From assembly GCA_973895155.1 (NCBI GenBank), contig OZ316897.1, positions 13,825,375 through 13,889,374 on the forward strand: DNA of 64,000 nucleotides, written 5' to 3'. The notes beneath the pieces are model-generated. The model saw only the letters and a list, made by a program, of their open reading frames with translations, was not told the DNA's origin and did not search any database. This document shows, piece after piece, positions 23,401 to 35,470 of the stretch. The position numbers and the translations under genes are program-made. Positions within the stretch are counted from its first letter, which is position 1, and each line of letters starts with the position of its first letter. This stretch comes from Marsupella aquatica. Lineage: Eukaryota; Plantae; Marchantiophyta.

Positions 23401-26400
23401 AAGGCGCTTCAGAACATAATCTGCTGTGATCTTAGATTTGTTATCAAATGATGTTTTCATCACTTACTAGGTGAAGAGAACTTGTGAATTTTGTTTGCTC
23501 AAAGTTCATGAGTCATAGATCCAATGAATTGTGTAAGCGAGGTGAGATTATTAACGGCACAGTAGTGACAAGGTGTCAGACACCACCACTCTCGCTTTGT
23601 CAATCTTGAACAAATAATTATCAAATGGGCAGTACCTGACAGCGATACTTGCATAGATGTCTAAAACCTTCACCGAGGACTCTGAGAAGATTCATTAGTT
23701 CCAATGTTCCATCGGACACCCTTGAAAAATGATAGACACCTGCAGTTGTTGAACCTGGTCGGCCGCGGAAGTGAGCATCCTCTTCTCCTGTTCCACGCTT
23801 ACTACTGGGAAAACTAGTATCGTCCGCTACTGGTGTTTCGAAATTTTCTCCATTCCTTTTGCCTGCACAAAGCACATTCCCGGATTCCCACTCAAAACCA
23901 TTCTCTGAAGAAAAACTCCCGTCTCCAATTACAACCTTAGAAGCACTATGTCTCTTGGAACACATCTTCCTGATCCATAGAAGTTTGTCCATCAGCACCA
24001 CAGCTTTCATCGAAAGCCTACCCTCGTCAATATTGTTTTCAGAAGATCCAAACGAAAGCCCTTTCCGCACACCACTGGACTGGAGTGCGCTTGTGCCAGA
24101 GCCTCTAGCTGTTGATCCTGAAGACCCGGCCAAAGCATATAGACCACTCCCACTCCCAGATGATGGTGATCCTGGTACAGAACCGCTAGTATTCATAGAA
24201 CCCATTTGCAAGACAGAACTTTTGCCGTCTCCAGCAAGCCGCGAGCTGCGCCTCAGCACCGGATCAAATAATCTTCCTGAGACCTATCCATGGCAATTCA
24301 TTACTGATTAAAATGATCACAAATGTAGCACAGATAATTTATTAATAATTTCTTGAAAAGTCTGAAAAGTATAGATCTCCATATATTCCTATGTACATAC
24401 AAGCATATGAATGAGTACATCGCATCAGATGTTCAAGCGCCCGCTATATCTACCTTCTATTACGTCTAATATTTAACCAGGGCTTCATGGTCCTGCAGCA
24501 TAATATTCTGACAGTGACCTAGGCGTTATCACTTAAATAAGGCAAGGACGTATATGCACCTGCGAATATGCAGCGCGTGTAGAGGGTGATCGAATGCTCT
24601 GCAGTCATTCGCCGACAAGAAAAGATGAAAATGGAAGAGTGAACCAAAAGAGAAAAATGAGAAGAACACCACAGAGAAAGAAGGCGCTCCCAGGACGAAC
24701 GAAAACTATAACTAAACCTGAAACCCTTTTGAAGATGTACTCCAGCTCTCTTTACACTATCTTACTGTAGAGAAACACTCCATCCATGTCAGTGACCAGT
24801 CATAACAAAAGAGGATAGAAAATCAAGTCCCAGTGAGACTAGGATCTAATCATGAAGGTTGTGAAGCTACCAGTCTGAAATGATTGGACACAAAAATGCA
24901 AAAAACATGTGCGTTAAAGACGGCTCCAACTAAGGGCTCAAAAGGTCAATTTCTTCCCGACGATATCCAGTAAAGAATTTGGTTACCAATGAATGAAGTT
25001 CGCTTTCTTTCTCAGTCATTGCGTTCAAGAATCCAGCAGGTCCGGGACATATCTAACAAGAAAATGATTTTCACCTTTCGGAATTTTCCTTCATCAACAA
25101 ATTTCCGGCGTTGTTGTGGATGTCCTGCAGCCGCAACATTGCCTCTTGTTGGTAATTCAGCTGCTGCAACAATAGATCCACTAGGAAGACTACCTGAAGA
25201 AGTCTGCAAATGTTTTACAGAAGTAAGAGAAACCCCAAGCAGTACCTGGAATCAATGCGAGAAATCTGGGTGGATTTAGCATTTTGGCAGTAGCATTCAT
25301 TAAATCTTGCGCATGATTCGAAATAATAGAAGCGGCTATCCCGCCTTCTGTAACTCGCAGTTTTGTTGACTGATCAAGCTGACAGGATCTACTTGACTGA
25401 AGAACCACAAAATGTTCCTCAACCAGACGCAACGCTTTGAACTAGTATTTGGCATAACAGCCCTACTGCCTAAGTCATACAGAACCTTTTTTGGCATAAC
25501 AACTTCTTAATATTGCTTAACGATAATCCCCTTATACACATGGTTTATTACACAAGAGGACTAGGGATTTGACAAGCACTCAAAAATTCTTGACATTTCA
25601 AAGTTATGATTTCAGTGCACAAGGCGGATGGCGAGCGAACCTGAGAGGAGCCTCCAGTGGGGGTCACAAATGATAAATTATCTGCAATAGTTGAAATAGT
25701 GGGTACGCCAAGCCCAGTGGCGCCGGGGTTTCCACCCAAAACTATTTCCTCTCCAGAAATAGAGGATGGTAATCTTGAAACTTTTGGACTTCCACTACTT
25801 GTGGAAGCTCGAAGTAGAGAATGAGGCACACTAGCTACGTCAAATTGATCCACACAAAGGGACCCAGGAGCTGCTGTTTGACTTCGAGGTTCCCAGTTCA
25901 GTTGCTGCTGTTGTTGCTGCTGCAGGTTTACCACCGCAGCATCTCCGTACAATTCGGCAGCATCATCCTCAGCACCTGCATTCATTCAAGATGCAACCAT
26001 CAATGGGCCATCTGAGCACTTGGAGAGATGGATTTTGTGTGTGATTGGTGTGTGTGTGTGTGTGGTGGTGGTGGTGGGGGACCGGGGGGTCTTGTGAAAT
26101 TTTGCTTAATTACTCGAAAAACGCTCACAAGACTGATATGCAGACTCACCTAGTAAGCATAAATCCTCATAAGCCGACCACAAGAAGGGGTCTAAAGTTA
26201 GCGCTTGAGTATAGTAGCCTATAGCCCCTTGTTTCCTATCTGTCAACCTGAGTATGCACCACAAAACCCACGTTCACATCATCAGATTTTAAGAAGGCAA
26301 AGGTTCCCATAGGCACGAGGCCAGCAAATCGAAGACAGGACTGCTGGACCTGGTTGAACAGCAGCAGACAGTATAAGATAGAACAGTCTCACTTCATCCT

Positions 26401-27618
26401 GTAAGTGCTTTGGTTGCTGAATGACGTTACATCAAAGTCAGACTTACCTACAAATTAATCCTAGCATGTAATATCCACATGCTCCATTCGGTACCTGCTT
26501 AAAAAATTGTAGCAACGTTAGTTCAATCCTAAAATTGATGCACCTGTAAGGTGTTGAAGGCCGACAAAAATATACAGTTTTGCTACGAAACACGAAGCCG
26601 AAACTCACACTTGTCAAGGAGCCACAGAGCAGATTTGCCTTTTTGGCACATATTTTCGTGGATCATCAAGAACAAGCGAACTTTTACGAGAGGGCTTGGA
26701 GGGAGCACACGACTAAGGAACAAAACCATGGTAGCTTACCTCACTTCCAGTTCCGTTCGGATACAACAAAGCAGCTTCTGCCTCGGCCATGCTGTCCATG
26801 TCAAAGCACGCCAAAGCAAAGAGGTATCGGCATTGCGCAGACTTACTTCCTGGTTCAAAACCACCCATAGCAACATGCGGAACATTTAAAGTCGTTAATG
26901 AATAGGAAAGCCCTAAAATTTTGGAAGAATTTTGGAAGCCAAGAGATACAAAACTGACCATCGCACATTTATGACCCTGAAAATTGGAATTTTGGCCCGA
27001 ACATCGTCTGTCCAGCCGAAATACTCGAAGGAAAAATTGCCAGCCGTTTCTGGATCCTTTCTTATTAGCGGTGTTAAAGACGGGAATGGAAAGTACACCC
27101 CGTCTCAGCGCATTTTCTTTATAATTGCACTCTGCACTTAAACGAAGGAAAGACAAGACGTTTCTAGACTAAAGGTTTCCGGGTAATTTGGATTTACCCT
27201 CTGTTGTCCCAAGGACAGATATAGAAAACATACCTTTAAGAATATGATAAGCACGATAACCCTGATTACTCCGAAAGTAACAGGTTGCAAGCAGATGAAG
27301 ATTATTCTACAAGCCAGGAAGGTATAAGCATGAATAAAGCAATATTCTCGGAGTAGCCAACGCACCAGCTGCTTGCCACAAACCGTCTGAGCTAGCTAAC
27401 TACACAGCAGAACGAAGGAGAGACAAATGATGGGATTCGTTACCATACAGAGAAAAGTGTCCATTCTTCGCAAAAATGCATAACATCCAGAATTGATAAA
27501 GATCATCACTTACATCAGAAGGAAAATCCGCGTACAGTCGTTCGCAGAGAAATGTGGCATTACGATACAAATACATTCTGAGAGATGAACACACGGCTTC
27601 AATTAGGCTGCCCTCCAT
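20417..27618 (-). CDS. CDC27: Cell division cycle 27 / APC3 (TPR subunit of the anaphase-promoting complex), about 16 exons
   Basis: Starts MEGSLIEAVCSSLRMYLYRNATFLCERL (27618-27514). Further exons give NNLHLLATCY, QCRYLFA, VPNGA, DPFLWSAYEDLC, RRKFVDEGKFRKVSGRLF, WVLSQ, SPQAWCVMGNCFSLQKDHETALKFF, DSRHYNAW, NPLPKYQKAN, APRESSVFFLMGKIYKRL, and a last exon IAIEKLHVPDDLEEENL* (stop 20419-20417). Confidence 0.95.
20646..20778. repeat. Exact tandem duplication, 67-bp period, in the last CDC27 intron
   Basis: AGACAAAGGGTACGAGATGG...CCTCACAAACAAGA at 20646 and 20713. Confidence 0.9.
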
Positions 27619-29046
27619 CTCGGCGGCAACCCTAATTAAATAGTTCGCATTCACCAACTACTATGCTTACGCAAATCTCCGTTTGCCCCTCCGATTCGCG
27701 TCCATTCTCCCCTCCACTTCCGCATAAGCCTCATCCACCTTCTCCGCCGCCATCAATACTAATCGACAACAACCCCACTCAGACATTCAACAACACATTT
27801 CAGCTGCTGATGCTATTTCTACGCATCAACCATTTCTGCCACCATCACTTCCTGTCCGTCCACTGCTCCACCCGAGTCCTATCCTTCACCGCCAGTAATC
27901 CTCATCCTATCGGTTCCTCGATTCCATCCTCCATCCGCCGAAATAATGACACTCCACAGCGTCACCGAGTGAGCTCATCAACTTCCACAGCCTGCCTACA
28001 AGCCGTTCCGTGGACAGCTACCAGATTCCCCGGCGAAGGGAGGAAGCGTGGGGCGAAGAGATGAATCGCCACATAGGATTCTGTTCACGTGAAAATTCAA
28101 ACTAATTTCAAATTTCGGTGTTGGCCTCCATTCCTCTAGCTCGGAGGGAATACTTCCCAACACCAACACGCACAACAATCTAACAATCGCAACACGCCTC
28201 TGTGAGCTGTTCACATTGCCGACACACAAAAAACAACAGCAGGAGTCGAAATGTTGCGGAAACCACGAATATATCGATCAGTTCACAGACGACAGAGAGA
28301 AAAACACAGCAAGAGAAATGCGCCGTCGCTCCGATTCACACTTCTCTCGTAGATATCTATATCTCCAGAGCAGAGGAACTCTTGTCTTCGAGCGGACTAC
28401 GAAGTGCACAAGAACTTGACTAGCCAGTACAAGAGCACAGGGGAGCATCGAAGACCATACAAGAACATCATAGTGTATCTCCAAGATCAGACGAGGTTAT
28501 ACGAGAACATTACAGTGTGTTTGGAAGAAGACAAGAACAGTACAAGAACAAAACCGAGCACGTTCTCTGGACGAGAGAGAGAGAGAGAAATTATTAGGGC
28601 TAGGCAAATTTGAAATCCTGGGCCCGCGAAGAAACGACTTGTGGTGGAGGAGAACATGAACCGCCGATTATACCCATCCGACGGCCGGGCTGAGAGAGTG
28701 GGATCGGTGCTGTACCATATTCCCGTTAGGAATTTATTTATTCATGAATATTTTTTAAAATTTAATGTTGGACTCTTTCCACTCCGTAATTAGACTCTGT
28801 TGCCCTTATGGAGGGGCGTGAAGGGTTTTTCCTTTGCAAATGGGTTTTAGGGGTTTTAGTTTTTGCTACAAATAAGATAATTCTCCAATTTCAAGTTACT
28901 TTTCACTAAAGTAAAGTGGGAGATGGACACAGAATTTGCTGCAAAGCGAGGATAGATTTCCAAAGGTTGGATGGACTGGTGTAAAATATTAAAATAACTG
29001 GGTAGCATCATTTACAGTTTTGACTGAAATGTGACCTTCACAAAGG

Positions 29047-29197
29047 TATTTGCTTGATGGACCCCCAAAATGAAACTTGTTATTTGATCGCGGTCCAGAT
29101 CTGAGATGGAAAGGTCCATCAACGGTCCAGATTGGGGAAAAGTATTGAGGGGATTAATTAAATAAACTTTTTCCAGAAGGAGGTCTACTAAGCATAT
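29047..29197. mobile_element. MITE-like element, degenerate copy of the family at 31704
   Basis: Shares TTGATGGACCCCCAAAATGAAA..TGTTATT and CAGATTGGGG with 31704-31894. The inverted end is degenerate. Confidence 0.5.
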
Positions 29198-31703
29198 CTC
29201 TCTCACAAAAGTGAAATGTAATTTCAAAGAGTGATAATTTTTTGGTAGCAGGGTCATTTGCAAAAGTTAAGCATCCTAAAAGTGGCACAATATGAAAAAT
29301 ATCACCAAAGATTTGCATGAAAATAATTTGGCAACCAAGTGAAAATATAAACAAAACCAGTTTTTCAAGAACAAACACTAAATCTCTTTCCTAAAAACTT
29401 TCAACACTAAAGTTTTCCGGAAAACTCATGGTGTTTGGTTTGTTAATCCCTTTGGAATCATTTTTGTAAATGCTCCGTGCACAAATAGACCTATAAACAA
29501 AGGTTGTGACATATTTGTGCACTTTCGCAAAAATCATTTCAAGAAGAACCTCTCCAGAATCTTGCTTAACCAGGCATGACAGGTGGCACTTCCTAACAAA
29601 ACTGGCAGATATGAAGAAAGCAGCAAAGAGAAAAGCTTTCCATGAAAATGTTTTGGCACCCAAAATATTTTAGAAACCTTTTCCAATATTTTTGAAAACA
29701 AGCAACCACACATACAAAAGGTAAGACTGAGTTTATGGAGTGACGTTGGTAATGTAGCAGCATTGTCTCACTTAGAAGGGCCCGGCCTAAAACTATATTG
29801 AAAGTGATTAATGGGGATCATAAATAATCCAAATCATTGCACGTAACGTGTGGCCATATAATGATCTCCCCAAGGATGCAACCATATAATGATCTCCCCA
29901 AGGATGCAACTATTGAGTCGAAGACTCTTCTTGTAAAGTAAACCAAGGTTACATATCTAGATGTGTTATTTAACTCTAGAGACCAATATTGGTTATAGTT
30001 TGTAGTAGTAGATATGGAAGGATTATAGTGTCACCAAAGTCAATGAAATCTTTCTTTCTAGGGGGTCTCACTATATGGATGCCTCCCCATCACTTGCGAC
30101 ATTTTTAGGCCTCGGACCCCCTAAAATGTATAAATAAATAAATTATTTATCAACCCCTACAAAGTTAGAATATTTTAAAAATTTGGTTATAAGTACCCTA
30201 ATGTTCTTATAAGTCTCAAAATTGAATTTAAAAGACCCTATTGTTCTTCTAAAAAAATTCTTAAATCTTTTTTCAAACTAATAAAATGACCCTATACTTC
30301 ATCACATGTGATATGTCATTTTTGTGGAAGTGAAACCCCCGAGTTTTCTTTGGGCCTTAGCTAGAAATTAGATTGCACCAACTTGAAGGTACAAGTAATG
30401 TGCATTCTTTCTAGATGACCTCATGATATTCCCAATGATATTCATAAGGCACACATTTACTTGATGGGGGTGCAATTCAACTGAAGGCTTTGGTCTTCAC
30501 AGGGTCTTTAGGTTCGTAAAATTTACTTCATGGTGTGTTCTTTGTTTGCATTGAATGGTATGCTTGACCCCCATCGAGGGATTCAGAAACTTTAAACCCC
30601 ATCAAGTCAATCTCTCTCAAGATAGCTCACAACATCATTTTTGTTAGATTCTGTCAAAAACAATTATTGTCTGACTGTGAAAAATTGTGAGAACATTCAT
30701 GACTGCAGACCATGAGACGACACAAGTATGAGGCTGGCCCTCTCGAAGGTCTCACTCTCATATCTAACACACAAAGCTTGTGGATAATAAGCTCACAAAA
30801 CTTAAGAATTTTAAAATTATTTTTATTCCTATCTTGCAATCTCTTGGAATATTTCTCACTATTGAATTTTGTATCTCTAGTTTTTCTAAAACAATTCTCC
30901 AAATTGGATCTAAAGAGCCCTAATGTCTATTCCACAAAACCTATAAGTTTCTCCTTGAACTCAATAAAAAAAACCCTTATCCTTCTTTGCGGATGGGTAG
31001 AAAAACATAAATGAGAATTGACCATCCCTGTGCATTGTACCAATATCCCTGTGTGCATTGTACCAATATCATGACAGTGTAAGTTCCTTTGCAAAGTTCC
31101 TGTATCCATTTCTATGAAAGTCATGATAGTGTAAATTAAGTATGTAAAGTTTACAGATTTGATATACTTTGTACTCTTGATGGATCACAAGCTACAATTA
31201 CCTCATAAGTAATAGTGTAAAATGTTTGTGTTCATGTGACCTTTGACTTACCTAGTTGCATCATTCAACCACCTTGGAGATTTATCTTGATTGCATGATT
31301 CTGATTGAAATTTCCAGTATTGTAGTGGCATCCGTCCAAAGAACCTTGACCAGATGTTGTATTAATTTCCTCTCAACGGTTTGAATTGATTTCCCTACAT
31401 GCATTGGGCTCTCAATTAGTTGATTCACGCTGACCATCCCATGCATCATCGATGAATCTCAGAACCCTGAGACCCCACTAAGATTAGTGTAAACCCTTCA
31501 ATTGAAATTATCTCATATATTTTTAATAATTAATAATTATAACCATCATGCTAGATATATTGAGTTTAAGAATATTTTCATTTAAATATTATTTTGTATG
31601 ATCGATTAGCTTAGTTACATGAGATGGGCCCATGGTTCAGAATATAAAGTTTATGGTTTATACCCTCTTCTTTCTTGTCAAAGTGGAATCTCATAACTTG
31701 ATA

Positions 31704-31894
31704 CATTTACTTGATGGACCCCCAAAATGAAAAGTGTTATTAATTTGATGGACCCCATCAGTAAAATGAAAAGTGTTATTTGAGAAACCCCATGAGTAAT
31801 TCAGACACTTGATAGACCTTTAGTCAACTTCCCTAAACCCTCAGATTGGGGTTAATTGGGGAAAAAACTTCAGTTGAGGTCCATCAAGTAAATA
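31704..31894. mobile_element. MITE-like element with a 16-bp TIR
   Basis: ATTTACTTGATGGACC ... GGTCCATCAAGTAAAT form an inverted pair. Confidence 0.65.
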
Positions 31895-33199
31895 TCTACT
31901 CAAAACTTTGATACATGACAATACGCATACTCGTCGACACCTAAAATTTCACTTCCAAAATTTGAGGTTTCTTGAACGTAAAGAGCAATTTATGTTCTTC
32001 TTGGTCGTTTAGGACTGGTACACCATTTCCAAGAAGTCAGAGGGAATATCATGATCGACCGGCAAGGTCCTCCATTTGGTCGCTTGAGATAAAGATTATC
32101 TTCATGACTTGTCATTGACGGATTCCCTCAACGAGCTGTGGTCTGAACGAATTCCCCAGTCTCACCGTTGGAGCTCGCAATTCAGACGACTGGGAACGCG
32201 AAAGGGAAAAGGCGACTGCCTTTCTTGCCGTTAATGGCAGACATCATTTTCTGTCTAGCCCTCGATCCATCATATCTCTCACTGCTGTCTCTCGATCGTG
32301 CTGTTTATAACTGACAGAGTGGTGATCTGCACCCACCTTGAATTGCTTCCCCCTTACCTCTCTGATATATACTTTATTGCAAGTACCTCGGCTAGTTCAG
32401 GCAATGTACCCAGTAACATTCCGGAGCTCTATTATCATCCTGCTGGGAAGCTAGCCACTGGTGAAATATTTTTGAGCTTGAAAAGAAACGATCTCGACAT
32501 ATGTCACACGTGTTTGTCCATGGTAGCCGGTGAAATTGTCCAAGCTAGGAAAGTAGATCTTTGTTGATGGACATGCGATCAGATCTTCCAAGCTTGCCCA
32601 TTTCTTATATGATTATATGATCAGCCAGACAGGAATCTGTTACACTTGCCTGGAGTTCAGCATCATTCTTGAAAATATCAACATTTGTTGGGCACAGCTC
32701 AGATTATCGTATTCTTATCATCCCTCGAGACCATCTCGAAAAGTAGCACCAGGTCAATCGTTGCAAGTTTATCTCATCTCAGGTCGAAGAGTTCGATGGC
32801 CAACTGAAACTGCTGTGGATGTTGTTCAGCACTCACTTTTGTAGTACGTTCGATCCGCCATCACTTCAAGCTTTTTGAATTATATCCATCATGGTTATTG
32901 ATCTCAAGATCAGTGACTCGCTCGTGCCAGATCAGTCCGGCCGGGGATCAGTCATATTCGCTAGTCACTGATCTGGAGAGAAACGTCAATGGCTATGCTA
33001 GATTTCACAGCGGAGCGAATGCCACTGTGCAGTAAAACCAATAGCTAGCGCGATCAGTGTCCATCAGAAAAAAACTGCTCTAGGGCACAGGAACTCGGTT
33101 AGCTAGCCTGCTCCATCTGATTTCTGGATTCGAAATTACAATCAGGAGTGAGGCTCTCGGGCACCCGAATTTCGCGAAGAATTTCCTTCTGCACTATTC

Positions 33200-35470
33200 T
33201 GGTCTCAAGCTGTCCTGACTCAGGTGTTAATGAGACCTTCGACAGCCAGTTATTGCTTCTCCAGGAAATAATTTTAACTCATGCATGATGTACAATACCA
33301 ATCCTATTGTATATAGAATGATGTCCAGGAATGTAAGGGAATGTTCAGTTCGAAGCACTTGAGGTCTCGGTTACAAGCAATGATCGTCAATCCAGCAGAT
33401 TCTCAAGTCAGACTGTCTCGTGATCTCGTCAGCCGGGCACGCATGGGAAATGCAATACGGTAGTACAGCCCGGGAGTGCAACGCTGCAAGCTGGGACAAG
33501 AAGATAGGCCTAAGCATACAACGAGAGATGAGACGAGAGCACGATAGAGTTGCTGTAGCACAGTAGTGCGTCAGTTGCCGCGTAGTTCAGGTCTGTGGCG
33601 GTGCCTGCAAGTGACCTTCACATTATGGAAAAGTGAGCGAAGTCAAAGGAGACTTGTAAGGATCCACTGTAGTATGACGTTGCTGCAGGTGAGACTGGTA
33701 ATCCAAGCTCCATGCCATGCCACGGCCAGACTGCAATCCCTACATCCAAAACTCCTTGCTACAATCATGTACAGTGGTGAGTCTCGCCAGAAGTCATTTA
33801 ATTTTCTAAAAGTAAGACAGTGGTGGACCTCGTTACGGACATCAACAGGCGGTACTTGTTTTGTTGCTGCCGTCAACGGAATTTAATTGATTACCAAGAA
33901 ATCAGACATGCGGACAGTACCATCGGTGAGATTGATTTGGCGTCTTGATGTGACCGATCCCCTCGAGTGGTCGACGACTCGACGGTGTCCCCGACGGAAA
34001 CCTATGGTCGCGAGTCCGCCGAATGCGCAGGCCCTCAAGTGGATACCGGTTTAAGCTTAATAGTCCTTTCGTGGTAGCGAACTTGCATTTAATGCGACGA
34101 AAGATCCAAGGACGTCGATCAGTCCGACAAACCGACATCCGGGCATACTGTAAGTAAGTTGTTGGAATCTACGGACGAAGAATCCAACTTGCGGGCGGGG
34201 AGGAATAGACAGGAATTTTTCTGCTTCTTTGTTTCCAACGAAAGAGAGCCTTCAATATTTTTATTTCTAGGCTACGAACATTCGTCCCAGAACGACACCA
34301 GGAAATGAATGAGTGAGATCTATTTCGCGTCGCCAATAAATCACACCGTCTGCTGCTCGTACAGGTGTTAAAAACCTTTGATCGACGATCTCTCAAGTGA
34401 CAATTTGTAGCCATCGCTCCCGGTTCATAAATGGTAACTATGACCTCGATCTGCTCCACTGGCGTTTTTGCATTGTAATCCAAGAGTGGACAAGTGCGTC
34501 AATCATTCACAAACTAACTGAAATGCTGGAATTTGTAGGGAAAGTCATAAAAGATGATTGCCTGGCCTAGCCCTGGGAGGTCATGATTTCCAGAGCTGCA
34601 GAAGCTAGGAAGTACGTACATCCCATCACAGAGAGCTGAAATATTTCCGTTCAAATCTTGCAACGTTTCAGTGCCTGAGCATGAACAGCGAAACGTCAGT
34701 GGATCATATCCTGGAGTTCAAGTTTTGCCAAGTACGTGGGTGTCTTTAAGTCTCGTTCATCTGATGGTACTAAGTTTTACTTGTCGGAAGTAATAAAGGG
34801 GATGTGCATTGCGTTTTCAGCTACTTGCTCTACAAGCTCTGTGGAAATCGATCCCAGTGAGTGCGATGACGGTGGAGGGATGGCGCCAGAACGTCCAGGC
34901 TTTTACTACTACGGACTCAAGATACCATTTAAACCTTTCCAGCGAGTCCTCGAGAGCTCGGCGCACCCTGAGACACTCATCGATTCGGGTAAAGAAATGG
35001 AAAGCCTTAAATCGGATATTTTATGAGGCTCAAAAGCTCTTGATTCGTCAGCAGAGGGGTACTCGAGAGACGACAGCTAAAGCATAGAACAGACAAGAGA
35101 GGGAGGCAATGAGAATTATGCTCGTCACGAAGAAGAGAAGAGTAGGACCACTTGATGGGTATGATGCACGAGGGCAAGATCGCTAAAATTGAAAGTTTGA
35201 ATTATGAAGGGTTTGCCTGGCTTCCGATGACGCCCTTCTAATATTGAGGCCACAATTCGTCGTTCGTAATCTTCTCCAAGCTTTGCGAAAATTACTGCAC
35301 AGTCCAACGGTTCGTTTTCTATCAGTTACACCGTTGGCGCCGTGCACAGGCTTGATAGTTTTCATACGGGCTAAGCTTGAGACGTTGGGCACCGAATCCA
35401 CACAAAGCATACGAATTTTTCTGTATGGAAAGAGGTTGCTGAGGAACCATTGAAGTCTGAACCGTGAGCC
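33200..35470 (+). pseudogene. Decayed multi-exon coding relic (helical region plus possible C-terminal OB fold)
   Basis: Protein-like frames broken by stops and frameshifts, with splice-like sites (GTAAGT ~34150, TACAG|GT ~34365, GTACGT ~34611). The largest intact piece is the 96-aa frame at 34736-35026. Confidence 0.35.
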
